DNA of 32,000 nucleotides from Faecalibaculum rodentium (GCF_001564455.1 NZ_CP011391.1:120001-152000); one strand, 5' to 3'; counted from the stretch's first letter, positions 1 through 9,753 are shown. Notes: generated by a model not told the origin, from the letters alone. Made by a program: numbers and translations.

Positions 1-329
1 TGGGCGCGCGGTCCGTAGGCGACGTTGTCGTAGATGCTCATGGGAAAGGGGTTGGGTTTCTGGAACACCATCCCCACCCGACGGCGCAGAAGATTCACAT
101 CCAGTCCCTGCGTGATGTCCTGGTCCTCCAGGCAGATCGAACCGGTGATGCGGCAGCCGGGGACCAGGTCGTTCATGCGGTTCAGAGATTTCAGGAGGGT
201 GGACTTTCCGCACCCCGACGGGCCGATGAACGCCATGATCTGGCGTCCGGGAATGGCCAGGGAAATGTCATGCAGAGCCTGTGACTGTCCGTAAAAGAGA
301 CTGAGGTTTGAAATCGTGAGCTTATCCAT
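1..329 (-). CDS. pstB: Phosphate ABC transporter ATP-binding protein PstB (N-terminal ~109 codons; 3' end lies beyond window start)
   Basis: Not in ORF track because truncated. My reverse-strand translation from ATG 329-327 reads [58 protein letters not shown]...[25 protein letters not shown], with Walker [10 protein letters not shown]. Start overlaps the pstA stop by 8 nt and completes the pstS-C-A-B order. Confidence 0.9.
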   Translation of the reverse strand, partial: MDKLTISNLSLFYGQSQALHDISLAIPGRQIMAFIGPSGCGKSTLLKSLNRMNDLVPGCRITGSICLEDQDITQGLDVNLLRRRVGMVFQKPNPFPMSIYDNVAYGPRA

Positions 330-1347
330 GCTGCCGCCTTTCCATGAACCGCCGGATCAGGGCGGATAAAGCGTTGAGACAGAGCACAGCCACCAGCAGG
401 ATCAGAGCCGTGGCCCAGGTCTGGGGAATGTGCAGGCCTTCGCTGGCCAGGGAATACATATGGACCGCCAGGGTCCGCGCAGACTGGTCAAGTCCGGTCA
501 CCAGGGTCACCGCTGTGCCCGCCGTGAAGATCAGGGCGGCGGATTCTCCGGTGATCCGTCCGATGGCCAGGATGGTTCCGGAGAGTATTCCGGGAAAAGC
601 AGCCGGCAGGACCACCTTGAAGATGGTGTGCAGGTGGCCGGCGCCCAGCGCGAGGCTGCCTTCGCGCAGGGACTGGGGAACTTCCGACAAAGCCTGCTGG
701 CTGGTTCTCAGGATCAGAGGGAGCACGATCAAAGCCATGGTCAGGGCTCCGGAAATCAGGGACATGCCCAGTTCCAGGAACCGGACAAAGAACAGCGAGC
801 CGAACAGACCGAAAACGATGGAAGGCACACTGGACAGCACTTCGGCTGCCGCCGCAATCAGGCTGGCTGCGCGGCTCTTCGGGCGGGTGTACTCCGTCAG
901 GTAGACAGCGCCCAGCACCCCCAGAGGCAGGGCAATGACCAGCGTCAGCAGGATCATGGACCCGGTATTCACCAGTGCCGGCAGCATGGATACATTCTCT
1001 GAGGTATAGACCAAAGAGAACAGATCCGCGCGAAGGGCCGGGAAGCCATTGACGAAAATGAAGGCAATCAGGTAGAACAGGAATCCGGCCACTACCAGCG
1101 CGGCTCCGTAAATCAGTCCGCGCTGAAGCAGTGTCGCAAAACGGCGGCGCAGGGTGGACCCCTGCCGGAAGGAGGAAGAAGACTGTCCCTTCCTCCTGTT
1201 CTTCTGTCGCCGGCTCCCGGGAACCGGCTGGGAGAATCGCGGGGGAGTCCCGAGTTCCAGCGGGGTGCCGGAAGAGACGGCCGCTGCGCTGGTCGAGGCA
1301 GCCGGCACGTCCAGCTGCAAAGCGGAAGGGATTCTTTCTGTTTTCAT
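322..1347 (-). CDS. pstA: Phosphate ABC transporter permease PstA
   Basis: 341-aa multi-pass hydrophobic ORF with the permease loop region [31 protein letters not shown]. 4-nt overlap with the pstC stop, 8-nt overlap with the pstB start. Confidence 0.9.
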   Translation of the reverse strand: MKTERIPSALQLDVPAASTSAAAVSSGTPLELGTPPRFSQPVPGSRRQKNRRKGQSSSSFRQGSTLRRRFATLLQRGLIYGAALVVAGFLFYLIAFIFVNGFPALRADLFSLVYTSENVSMLPALVNTGSMILLTLVIALPLGVLGAVYLTEYTRPKSRAASLIAAAAEVLSSVPSIVFGLFGSLFFVRFLELGMSLISGALTMALIVLPLILRTSQQALSEVPQSLREGSLALGAGHLHTIFKVVLPAAFPGILSGTILAIGRITGESAALIFTAGTAVTLVTGLDQSARTLAVHMYSLASEGLHIPQTWATALILLVAVLCLNALSALIRRFMERRQHG

Positions 1348-2273
1348 CTATTTGCACTCCTTTTCCGCAGCCATACCAGGCCTGCGATCACAGCGAGAAC
1401 GATCACCAGCAGCACCAGGGCGGAGGCTGTCAGTGCCTGGCGATGCAGGTCGGCTGCGTAGCCCATTTCCATGGCGATATTGGCTGTCAGGGTCCGCACA
1501 CCGCCAAGCAGGCTGTCAGGGAACAGTGGCTGGTTGCCGGCGACCATCATGACAGCCATGGTTTCTCCGACAGCCCGTCCCAGTCCGAGCACCACGGCCG
1601 TGGCCAGTCCCGATCTGGCAGCAGGAAGAACAGCGAAGAAACCGGAATGTTCGGGTGTAGCCCCAAGGGCCAGACTGCCTTCATAACAGCCTGGATCCAC
1701 GGTTTCGATGGAAGACAGAGACAGTTCTGTAATGGTGGGAACGATCATCATGCCCAGCAGCACCGCAGCGCACAGAAGGCTGGTGCCGGTGCCGCCCATG
1801 TTCAGGCGGATCCAGGGAACGAGCACTTCCAGGCCGAAGAAGCCATACACCACCGAAGGGATCCCGGCCATGACCGAGACGACTGTCCGCATGAACGGCT
1901 TCAGGCGGGCGGGACAGAAGTGTGCCAGATACAGCGCGCAGAGAATGCCCAGGGGAGCGGCGACTGCCAGCGCGGCAATGGTCACGGCAAAGGTCCCCGC
2001 GATCATTGGCAGAAGTCCGAAACGGCCTTCCGTGGGTTTCCAGACAGTGCCGAAGAGCAGGCTTCCCAGGCCGATTTCCTGAAAAGCCGGCAGGCTCTGG
2101 ACGACCAGAAACACCAGGATCAGGGCAATGGCTGCGGCGCTGATCCAGGCGCAGGCAGCGAAGAGAAACTTGCCCCATCCCTCCCGCCGGCTGCCTGGAA
2201 CACTGGTCAGGCCGGCTGTGGCGGCGAGTCCGTCCTGCAGCCCTGGACCGCCTGGGTGATTACCCGAGGACAT
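1344..2273 (-). CDS. pstC: Phosphate ABC transporter permease PstC
   Basis: 309-aa membrane ORF with the motif region [27 protein letters not shown]. Position between pstS and pstA; overlaps both neighbours. Confidence 0.9.
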   Translation of the reverse strand: MSSGNHPGGPGLQDGLAATAGLTSVPGSRREGWGKFLFAACAWISAAAIALILVFLVVQSLPAFQEIGLGSLLFGTVWKPTEGRFGLLPMIAGTFAVTIAALAVAAPLGILCALYLAHFCPARLKPFMRTVVSVMAGIPSVVYGFFGLEVLVPWIRLNMGGTGTSLLCAAVLLGMMIVPTITELSLSSIETVDPGCYEGSLALGATPEHSGFFAVLPAARSGLATAVVLGLGRAVGETMAVMMVAGNQPLFPDSLLGGVRTLTANIAMEMGYAADLHRQALTASALVLLVIVLAVIAGLVWLRKRSANR

Positions 2274-3147
2274 CGGACCACAGAGTCTTTTCGCCGGAGA
2301 AGATCTCCTTCACCTGCTCTGTGCTCAGGTCTTCGGCGGTATTGGACGGGTTCACGATCACGGCGATGCCGTCCATCGCAATCACCACCGGTTTCACGCC
2401 TTCCGTCAGTTCGGAGTCCTTGAGGTCCCGGCTGGCCATGCCGATATCCGACACACCGTCTGCTGCATCCTGGATCCCGGATGAAGAATCGCTCTGCTGG
2501 ATCTCCACCTGGACATTCGGCTGTTTCTCTTTGTAAGCCTCGGCGAGTTTCTCCATGACGGGAGTGACGGAGCTGGAGCCGGAGACCACGACTTTACCCG
2601 AAACGTCCGCCGGGGTCCAGGTTGCAGTTGTGTCCAGCGGGATGCAGCCGTTGTCTGCCACCACTTTCTGCCCCTGATTGGACAGGATGAAGTCCATGAA
2701 GTCCTTTGCCGGGGCGCTCAGTTCTTCTTTGACCACAATGTTGAAGGGACGGGATATTTTATAGGAACCATCCTTGATGGAAGCGGCATCAGCGGGGGAG
2801 CCGTCGATTTTCAGCGGTTTGACGGAGTCATTCAGTGACCCCAGAGAAATGTATCCGACTGCAGCCGGGTCATCTTTCACGGTTGTCAGCATGACCGAGG
2901 TGGAATTCGTCACCGAGGCTGTCTGGGTGGTGCTGTCTTTTTCAGAACCATCCGCCTGTTTTTCCACCAGGCCTGTCAGCTCTCCAAAGGCGCTCCTGGT
3001 GCCGGACCCTTCTTCCCGGGTCAGGACATGGATTTCCTGATCCTTTGAAAATTCAGCAGGGGCATCCGGGGCAGAAGCACAGCCGGTCACCAGACAGGCC
3101 AGAAGCAGGGAAATACTGCCGGCACAAGCCTTTCCTAAAAATTTCAT
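2260..3147 (-). CDS. pstS: Phosphate-binding lipoprotein PstS
   Basis: 295 aa. Signal peptide plus lipobox LLACLVTGC, duplicated periplasmic-binding lobes (EGSGTRSAF ... SGSSSVTPVMEKL). SD GAGGAGGA lies 5' of ATG 3147. Confidence 0.9.
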   Translation of the reverse strand: MKFLGKACAGSISLLLACLVTGCASAPDAPAEFSKDQEIHVLTREEGSGTRSAFGELTGLVEKQADGSEKDSTTQTASVTNSTSVMLTTVKDDPAAVGYISLGSLNDSVKPLKIDGSPADAASIKDGSYKISRPFNIVVKEELSAPAKDFMDFILSNQGQKVVADNGCIPLDTTATWTPADVSGKVVVSGSSSVTPVMEKLAEAYKEKQPNVQVEIQQSDSSSGIQDAADGVSDIGMASRDLKDSELTEGVKPVVIAMDGIAVIVNPSNTAEDLSTEQVKEIFSGEKTLWSDVLG

Positions 3148-3177
3148 ATATCCTCCTCGCCTTGTTCAGGCAGGACC

Positions 3178-3231
3178 ATTATAAAAAGTCTGTGTAAAGC
3201 CAAAATCAACCCCATGCAAACAGGATGTAAA
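3178..3231 (-). promoter_or_regulatory. Pho-box type promoter of the pst operon
   Basis: Minus strand reads TTTACA-tcctg-TTTGCA-tgggg-TTGATT-ttggc-TTTACA-cagactttt-TATAAT. The four TT(T/G)(A/G)(C/T)(A/T) hexamers start at exactly 11-bp intervals (plus-strand coords 3226, 3215, 3204, 3193), followed by a perfect -10 (3183-3178). Confidence 0.65.
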
Positions 3232-3473
3232 TTATGAGACAAACCAGGAACAGCTGCCACTTGACAGAGAAATCCGGAAAGGATGCCCGGGCAAACCGGG
3301 ACTGGGTGGAAAAGCCGGAGGCATGGCTGTCCATACCGGAAAGGCTGTTGTCAAATATACGGCGGTTTTTTAAAATGAACATACATGCGACCGGAAAAAG
3401 TGAATGGATGCCGTGTTAATGAATGTTTGAGAAAGGAGCAGGCAGACACCCGGCCGGGCATCCGTCTGCCTGA

Positions 3474-4019
3474 ATGCGTATGAATCAGTCTGTAAAGAAC
3501 ATGACCACCGCCGCCCTGATGCTGGCACTCGGTCTTGTCCTGCCGTTTCTGACAGGGCAGATTCCGGAAATCGGATCTCAGCTTTGCCCCATGCACCTCC
3601 CCGTGCTCCTCTGCGGATTTCTGTGCGGCTGGAAATACGGGCTGGGCGTCGGGTTTATTGTCCCTCTGCTTCGCTCGGCGCTCTTTGGCATGCCTGTCAT
3701 GTACCCCGCCGCATTAGCCATGGCCTTTGAACTCGGCACCTACGGCATGGTCGCCGGCTGGCTCTGGCAAGTCTCGAAATACCAGTGCACGAAAGCCCTG
3801 TACCGCTGCCTGATCGCCGCCATGCTGGCCGGCCGTCTTGTCTGGGGCCTGGTCATGATGCTGCTTCTGGGACTCGGCCAGTTCACCTGGCAGATGTTTC
3901 TGGGTGCGGCTTTTGTCACGACGCTGCCGGGTATCATTCTCCAGCTCGTGCTCGTTCCCCTGATCATGGTGGGCCTGCGCCGCGCCGGTGTGATCCGCTA
4001 CCGGTCCCAGGCTGTCTGA
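3474..4019 (+). CDS. ECF-type transporter substrate-specific (S) component, substrate unknown
   Basis: 181-aa small multi-TM protein. N-terminal TAALMLALGLVLPFLTGQIP...MHLPVLLCGFLCG resembles the ECF S-component family. The start may be 3474 or 3480. Confidence 0.65.
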   Translation: MRMNQSVKNMTTAALMLALGLVLPFLTGQIPEIGSQLCPMHLPVLLCGFLCGWKYGLGVGFIVPLLRSALFGMPVMYPAALAMAFELGTYGMVAGWLWQVSKYQCTKALYRCLIAAMLAGRLVWGLVMMLLLGLGQFTWQMFLGAAFVTTLPGIILQLVLVPLIMVGLRRAGVIRYRSQAV

Positions 4020-4020
4020 C

Positions 4021-4518
4021 ATGATCCTCGTGGCCCTGGACGGCCGGTCCGCCGCCGGAAAAAGCACACTCGCTGACACCCTTGCCCGCGATACAGGCGC
4101 CCTGGTGTTTCACATGGATGACTACTTCCTGCCCCGGGATCTCCACAAGCCGGGGATTGCCGGCAACATGGACCTGACCCGGTTCAGGCAGGAGGTCCTG
4201 GAACCCCTGCGGGCCGGAATTACCGTCACCACCAGGCGGTTTGACTGCTCAGCCCAGCGCCCTGGTCCGGAAGAAACCCTGGAGCCGGCGGATCTCGTAA
4301 TCGTCGAAGGCGCCTATTCCCTGCATCCGCTGCTGCGGGACTTCTATGATTTCCGGGTGTTCCTGGATATTGATCCCGAAACGCAGAAGGCCCGCCTTCT
4401 GCAGCGGGGCGGCCCGGACAAGACCAGGCAGTTTGAAGAAATCTGGATCCCGCGGGAAGAAGCCTATCTGCAGGCCTGCGGCATCAGGGAACTCTGTGAC
4501 ATGATCCTGGAAGCATGA
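4021..4518 (+). CDS. P-loop nucleoside/uridine-kinase-like protein
   Basis: 165 aa. Walker A LDGRSAAGKST at the N-terminus, and the VIVEGAYSLHP...FRVFLD pattern of the uridine kinase/PRK-like fold. Starts 1 nt after the S-component stop. Confidence 0.6.
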   Translation: MILVALDGRSAAGKSTLADTLARDTGALVFHMDDYFLPRDLHKPGIAGNMDLTRFRQEVLEPLRAGITVTTRRFDCSAQRPGPEETLEPADLVIVEGAYSLHPLLRDFYDFRVFLDIDPETQKARLLQRGGPDKTRQFEEIWIPREEAYLQACGIRELCDMILEA

Positions 4519-4603
4519 GCATCCGGGATTTTTGTTCTGCCGATGATGGCCTTTCGGCAACAGCTGACAGATACCCCGGGCCTGGAGAACGGGCTGGTGA
4601 GAC

Positions 4604-4650
4604 AAAAGAAAGGCCGCAGCCGGACCGGGCTGCAGCCTTCTTTATCTCTC
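4604..4650. terminator. Bidirectional hairpin terminator between convergent genes
   Basis: Arms aaggccgcagcc (4610-4621) / ggctgcagcctt (4628-4639), 12 bp with one mismatch. A-rich 5' flank and T-rich 3' flank. Abuts the stop of the minus-strand gene at 4642. Confidence 0.7.
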
Positions 4651-5814
4651 TTTTGCCTGTCTTGCCTTTCCATTCTCCGGATTTTCCGCAGAAGCCATTC
4701 GGTGGACTACCGTCCGGCCGATCCGGTGATGGTGGATGTCAAAGATCTGCACAGACAGGGGATCCAGGAAAATCTCCAGCTGCGTGCCGTCCTCCGGAAT
4801 GAAGCCATAGGTCCCCAGGACATAGCCGCCGAAGGTGTCATAGTCCTCCACCGGCAGCGTCACATTCAGAGCCTCCGCCACATCCTCCAGACTGGCGGAT
4901 CCCATGATTTCCCAGGTATCTGCCGACAGCTGCCGGATGTCGTCGGGCAGCACGGCTTCATCCGCCTCCTGCATGCGCCCGAACAGCGTTTCCATGATGT
5001 CATGCAGCGTCACGATCCCCGTCATGCCGCCGTATTCATCCAGCACCACCGCAAAATAAGTTTTTTCCTTCTGCATTTGCCGGAAGAGATCGTCGGCCTT
5101 CATGTTTTCCGCCACAAACAGCGGCTTGTCCACACACTTGGTCAGAACACTCTCCAGGTCGGCGTTCGCCAGCCGGAAGTAGTCCCGGGTGTCCAGGATC
5201 CCGATCACATCCTCGCCATTGCGGCCGATGATGGGATAAAACGTATGGCGGTTGTCATGAATGACCTGCTTCCAGTCCCGGGCCTTGTCCTGCATGTTCA
5301 GGGACACGACCTGCGAACGGTGGGTGCAGATTTCATCCACGTCCGTATCATCGAGTTCAAAGACATTTTCCAGCAGTTCTTTCTGGGGCTCGTCAATGTC
5401 TTCCTCATCCGCTTCTGCCAGCAGTTCCCGGATCTGGTCCTCGGACACATCTTCATCTTCCACCGAGGGCAGCTTCGTGAAGAAACTGAACACAGCCAGC
5501 ATACTGCCGATGGTCATCAGTCCGCGGGCAAGTCTGTCGGAAGCTTCCGGGCTTCGGCGGGCAAGCAGTCCCGGGATGAACAGTACGGCGAAAAACACCA
5601 GATACACGAGGGCAGCGCCGACCAGTATCTGGAACCAGATGGACAGGCCGCGGTTCAGGCAGAATGCAGCCAGCAGCCAGGCGGCTGCACTGACACAGGC
5701 GACCTGTGTCAGGCGAAGGGCGGAACGCGGGCGTCCTTCCAGTCCCGGCATGCCAAACTGCAACAGGGCGGCCGCCAGCAGAAGGGCGGCCATGATACAG
5801 GGATATGATTCCAT
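4642..5814 (-). CDS. Hemolysin-family protein (CNNM/DUF21 TM region + CBS pair + CorC_HlyC)
   Basis: 390 aa. N-terminal TM helices, an acidic linker, a CBS-pair-like segment (VDEICTHRSQVVSL...IGILDTRD...MTGIVTLHDIME) and a C-terminal transporter-associated segment (WEIMGSASLEDVAEAL...DYDTFGGYVLG). Confidence 0.8.
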   Translation of the reverse strand: MESYPCIMAALLLAAALLQFGMPGLEGRPRSALRLTQVACVSAAAWLLAAFCLNRGLSIWFQILVGAALVYLVFFAVLFIPGLLARRSPEASDRLARGLMTIGSMLAVFSFFTKLPSVEDEDVSEDQIRELLAEADEEDIDEPQKELLENVFELDDTDVDEICTHRSQVVSLNMQDKARDWKQVIHDNRHTFYPIIGRNGEDVIGILDTRDYFRLANADLESVLTKCVDKPLFVAENMKADDLFRQMQKEKTYFAVVLDEYGGMTGIVTLHDIMETLFGRMQEADEAVLPDDIRQLSADTWEIMGSASLEDVAEALNVTLPVEDYDTFGGYVLGTYGFIPEDGTQLEIFLDPLSVQIFDIHHHRIGRTVVHRMASAENPENGKARQAKER

Positions 5815-6184
5815 GGAGTCTCCTTTATGTACTGATTATAACAGTCCGGCAGCAATGTGAAAGTGCATGGCAGGATGCGGCCGGGCTACAGAAGGCGGGG
5901 AGGGATGAGGCCGGCAGAGAAAGAGGCAGAAAGACGCGGAATCCAGCAGAATATGCGTATATCCGCAGTCATTCGTTCGACTTCCTGCTTGAAGGATCGA
6001 TACAGGATGGATATTTGCATAGGATGTTTGTTTTTGGAGATAAGAGAATAGAAATGGCAGAAACTGGATTGTCTTTCTGCGTGGCTGTGCGGCTGCTGCA
6101 TCATCGACACAACTTGTTACAGTCTTGTTCCAAATGTCATATCTATCCGGTATAGTGACTGTAGAAAAAAGAGAGGTTTTCACT

Positions 6185-6826
6185 ATGAAGAAATTTCTGG
6201 CAGCCCTTCTGGGCGTGACGCTTCTGTTTGCGGCCGGCTGCGGAGCCAATCCCGAGGCGGAGGCAGTCAAGACCACTGCAGACAGTTTTCTGAAGGCACA
6301 GCAGGAAGGGAACCTGGATGAAGCCGCAAAGTACATGACGGAGTCCGCCGTGCAGGACATGGGGACGATGTCGGAACTGCGTGACAGTCTGAGCATGTAT
6401 GAAGAAGCCGGTGTGTCCGGTGACACCCTGGACACATTCATGGACAGCATGCTGAAGGCCTATCGCCTGATCTGGGAAAAGTATGAAATCGGCGATGTGA
6501 AGGTGGACGGCGAAACTGCCACTGTGATGGTCAAGGTCACGGGCGTGCCCATGGAGGTCATGGAAAAAGAGATGACGGAGGAGTTCGGAGCCAATGTGGC
6601 AGGGCAGTGGGCAGAAGACCACATGGAGGAAATCCAGAACTATGCCACCGGTCATACCGAGGAGGAGACCTTTGCCTGGCTCATGGATCAGATGCTGCCG
6701 GCTGCGGGGAAGGAAGCCGAAGCGAAGATGGACGAAAGCGAACGCAAGGCCTCTGACTACCGCCTGACGCTGAACAAGGAAGGCGATGACTGGAAGATCA
6801 GCAACGTGGAAGTGAAATCCGAATAA
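6185..6826 (+). CDS. Lipoprotein of unknown function (paralog 1)
   Basis: The track ORF starts at 6125, but SD agagagg plus ATG 6185 gives MKKFLAALLGVTLLFAAGCG (signal peptide and lipobox). Paralogous to 7106-7762. Confidence 0.75.
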   Translation: MKKFLAALLGVTLLFAAGCGANPEAEAVKTTADSFLKAQQEGNLDEAAKYMTESAVQDMGTMSELRDSLSMYEEAGVSGDTLDTFMDSMLKAYRLIWEKYEIGDVKVDGETATVMVKVTGVPMEVMEKEMTEEFGANVAGQWAEDHMEEIQNYATGHTEEETFAWLMDQMLPAAGKEAEAKMDESERKASDYRLTLNKEGDDWKISNVEVKSE

Positions 6827-6842
6827 CCGGGCTATGGTTAAA

Positions 6843-6879
6843 ACCGCGCAAAAATTGCATACTCTGTGCGGTTTTTTTT
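6843..6879 (+). terminator. Rho-independent terminator
   Basis: Stem accgcgca (6843-6850) / tgtgcggt (6865-6872), 8 bp including one G-U, followed by a T run. Confidence 0.75.
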
Positions 6880-7105
6880 CTTGCTGTGAATATTTTCAGA
6901 ATATAACAGGCTGTATATGCACGAAATATAAATAAAATCCACTATACTCGGTTAGTATTTCAGAATACACGCAGAAACGATATAAATCAGTCAAAAACGC
7001 TGACAGATGAAAGAGATTGAACGGTTATTCAAAGTTGCGGGTATCTGCCTCTGAAAAACAACGGCATCCTGTTACAGTTTCCCTATGACAAAGGGAGGTT
7101 TTGAC

Positions 7106-7762
7106 ATGAAGAAATTACTGACAGCGGCTTTCAGCGCGGCCCTTCTGTTCATGGCCGGCTGCGCCGACTCTGATACCGGTGCCGTCAAAGACACCACAGA
7201 GAGCTTCCTGAAGGCAGAACACGAAGGAAATCTGGATGAGGCCACCAAATACCTGACCGGGGATGCGACGGATATGTTCGAGTCCAGAGAAGATATGCGG
7301 GCTGATCTGAAGGGTTATGAAGACCAGGGGGTCAGCAACGAGACACTGGATCAGTTCGTGGACGCGCAGATCAAGGCATACACCATGGTGTGGGAAGACA
7401 GCAAAATCGATGATGTACAGGTGGGCGATGACACAGCCACGGTTCTGGTCACCACCAAAGGCATTGGCATGAAGGACTGGGAAAACATGACCACTTCCGG
7501 ACTGTCAGCCGAGGTTGGCAGTCAGTGGATGGATGACAATATGTCCAGGATCGAGGAATACAAAAGCTCGCACACAGAAGAAGAGTATATGGCCTGGTAT
7601 CTGGATCAGGTGGTACCTGTTTACGCACAGGAACTGGTGTCAAGACTGGATGCCGAGCCGCGTCAGACGACAAACTACCGGTTCTCTCTGGAAAAAACCG
7701 GTGATGGCTGGAAGATCAGCAATGTGGAGATCGGAACCCTCGAAGAGTCGGATGACCAGTGA
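7106..7762 (+). CDS. Lipoprotein of unknown function (paralog 2)
   Basis: SD aagggagg plus ATG 7106 gives MKKLLTAAFSAALLFMAGCA (lipobox). Shares SFLKA.(H/Q)EGNLDEA.KY and the C-terminal YR(L/F).L.K.GD.WKISNVE with the upstream gene. Confidence 0.75.
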   Translation: MKKLLTAAFSAALLFMAGCADSDTGAVKDTTESFLKAEHEGNLDEATKYLTGDATDMFESREDMRADLKGYEDQGVSNETLDQFVDAQIKAYTMVWEDSKIDDVQVGDDTATVLVTTKGIGMKDWENMTTSGLSAEVGSQWMDDNMSRIEEYKSSHTEEEYMAWYLDQVVPVYAQELVSRLDAEPRQTTNYRFSLEKTGDGWKISNVEIGTLEESDDQ

Positions 7763-7786
7763 CACGGACTGGAGAAAAACACGAAA

Positions 7787-9747
7787 ATAGAGTAGAGGGG
7801 AAATTCAGTGATTTCCGCCCCTCTCGTTGAACCGTACGTACGGATCTCGTATACGGCTCTACAGTTATATTGCCCTTGCGGGCATTCATGAATTTGCTAT
7901 GATTTATTCTGTAAGTTCAGGTAACACCCGACCGGGTCGATCAGACCCGGTCGTTCTTTTTCCTTGTTGGGTAACGCAAGAACCTTTGGTGATAAGATGA
8001 AATTCACAGTCCTCCACCCAGTAGTTCGCCACAGGCCAAGTCTCGAGTTGGCAGTCTGCCGTATCTCTTCCTTGGAAAATCCCGTTTTGAACTGCTTGTT
8101 CAGAATCATGAGATTCTTGAAGAGCGTTTTCGGTCTTTTCCATTGCTTAAAGATCACTACCCGAATTTTGTGTCTTAGCCACTGTCCAAATTCTATTAAG
8201 AATCTTTTCATGGAACCAATACTGAAATAGTTGATCCATCCTCTGACTTTCTGATTAACTTTCGTAAACAGATAGGATAAAGGCATGGCAGCGGCTTTCC
8301 GACGGCACAGGAGCTCTTTCATATTCTTATAGAGTCTCTGTTTTCTGTCGTTTGCCGGCTTGCACTTCCATCCGTCTCTACCCTTCCAGAAAGTGAATCC
8401 AAGGAATGTACTTTCAGGTGGTCTGACTACATGCGTTTTGGTTGGCGAAACCTTCAGGAACAGTTTCCGTTCGAGCCAAGAGGATACAGATCTCATTACC
8501 CGGTTGGCGGCCATCTCACTTCGGCAGTAGATCGTGACATCGTCAGCGTATCTGACAAATCTCAATCCTCTGTTTTCAAGTTCCTTGTCAAATACATCCA
8601 GATAGATGTTGGCAAGGAGCGGCGAAATATTACCACCTTGGGGCGTCCCTAGGTCATTTCTATTCAGTTTCCCCTCTTCCATGACTCCGGCTTTAAGAAA
8701 AGAACGGATCAGATGAAGGGTCTCCTTTTCATTGACCTTCAGGCGAATGATCGAGATCAGTTTGTCGTGGTTGACCATATCAAAGAACTTTTCAATGTCC
8801 AGGTCCACGACCCACTCATATCCTTCGTTGAGATATTCCAGAGTTCGCTCGATGGCCTGATGGGCGCTTCGACCTTCTCTGAATCCAAAACTGCTGTCAC
8901 TGAACGTGGAATCAAATATCGGATAAAGTATCTGATACGTAGCCTGCTGGACGACCCTGTCTACGACAGTCGGGATGCCCAAGGGCCTCTTTTTCCCATT
9001 TGGCTTGGGAATATAGGCTCTGCGGACAGGACTGGGCTTATATTTCATTTCCCGGATTTGTTCTGCAAGTTCATCCTCATTCACCTCCATCCATGCTCTG
9101 ATCTCATCAACGGGCATGTCATCGATTCCCGCTGAACCGCGGTTTGACACTACCTTTCTGATGGCCTTCTCCATGTTGGAGGATTCCAGAATCAAATCTG
9201 ACAATCTCATTTTGCGTTTCCTTCTTTCTTACAGAGACTCCCTGACCGTCTCCATCCATTTCACCGGCTCCGGTTACGATCCTTCACCTTATGACTATTC
9301 TGACTTTCGGACTGCAGGGTAATTACTCAAAAGCGATTCGCTCACTATAACCGGCAGGAGCCTTCAGTATTACTACCTACTATGCTCCGCTCTGACTTCT
9401 CGCAGTAAACATTTTCGGACCGTATGCCACTGGCACCACCATCGCTGTTTTTAAAGCTTATTGGACTGACGTCTGCGAGATCTCTCGGGGTAAGGCACAC
9501 ATCTTTCTCTGCACAACCTCCTGATTTACCGTCTTGGTTTTACGTTTGCCTTTTGGGCTTTGGTTTGTGTTGCAACCTCACCCGCCATTTGGCCTTGTAT
9601 CAGGTTTCTGTTCGTAGGCTCGTCAGATTGGCTACACCGCTTCTTCCATCCCAGCCTCGCGGCTTTCGACTTGCGGTTCACTACACTTGGCGGCAAATAC
9701 CCGTGACCGGACTTTCACCGGCTAGATGTGCGTCATGCCCGACACAC
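7787..9747 (-). mobile_element. Group II intron (ORF-containing; boundaries +/- a few nt)
   Basis: On the minus strand: 5' end GTGTG at 9747-9743; domain V GAGCCGTATACGAGATCCGTACGTACGGTTC (7859-7829) with the AGC triad; a domain VI-like stem gagagggg/cccctct with bulged A (7793); candidate 3' end ...CTCTAT at 7787. The RT/maturase ORF is inside. Confidence 0.85.
7897..9210 (-). CDS. Group II intron-encoded reverse transcriptase/maturase
   Basis: 437 aa. RT motifs IPKPNGKKRPLGIPTVVDRVVQ, FSDSSFGFREGRSAHQA, VVDLDIEKFFD, TPQGGNISPLLANIYL and YADD (RFVRYADDVTIYC), plus a maturase (X) tail. No C-terminal HNH/En motif is visible. Confidence 0.95.
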   Translation of the reverse strand: MRLSDLILESSNMEKAIRKVVSNRGSAGIDDMPVDEIRAWMEVNEDELAEQIREMKYKPSPVRRAYIPKPNGKKRPLGIPTVVDRVVQQATYQILYPIFDSTFSDSSFGFREGRSAHQAIERTLEYLNEGYEWVVDLDIEKFFDMVNHDKLISIIRLKVNEKETLHLIRSFLKAGVMEEGKLNRNDLGTPQGGNISPLLANIYLDVFDKELENRGLRFVRYADDVTIYCRSEMAANRVMRSVSSWLERKLFLKVSPTKTHVVRPPESTFLGFTFWKGRDGWKCKPANDRKQRLYKNMKELLCRRKAAAMPLSYLFTKVNQKVRGWINYFSIGSMKRFLIEFGQWLRHKIRVVIFKQWKRPKTLFKNLMILNKQFKTGFSKEEIRQTANSRLGLWRTTGWRTVNFILSPKVLALPNKEKERPGLIDPVGCYLNLQNKS

Positions 9748-9753
9748 AACAAG

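Noticed and set aside
1131-2423. 430-aa plus-strand ORF (and 34-294, 344-904, 430-1002, 1154-1552 etc.) across the pst operon
   Set aside because: Arg/Gly/Pro/His-rich low-complexity translations lying antisense to clear PstB, PstA and PstC coding frames. These are typical shadow ORFs of GC-rich DNA.
3232-3473. Possible riboswitch upstream of the ECF S-component gene
   Set aside because: Several small hairpins are present (for example cccgg-gcaaa-ccggg). I could not match the sequence to TPP, FMN, cobalamin, preQ1, THF or c-di-GMP consensus cores from memory. It is kept only as part of the split-RBS observation and needs a covariance-model scan.
4543-5808. 421-aa plus-strand ORF opposite the CNNM/CBS gene
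   Set aside because: No recognisable motifs and no SD. The opposite strand encodes a well-formed CBS/CorC protein.
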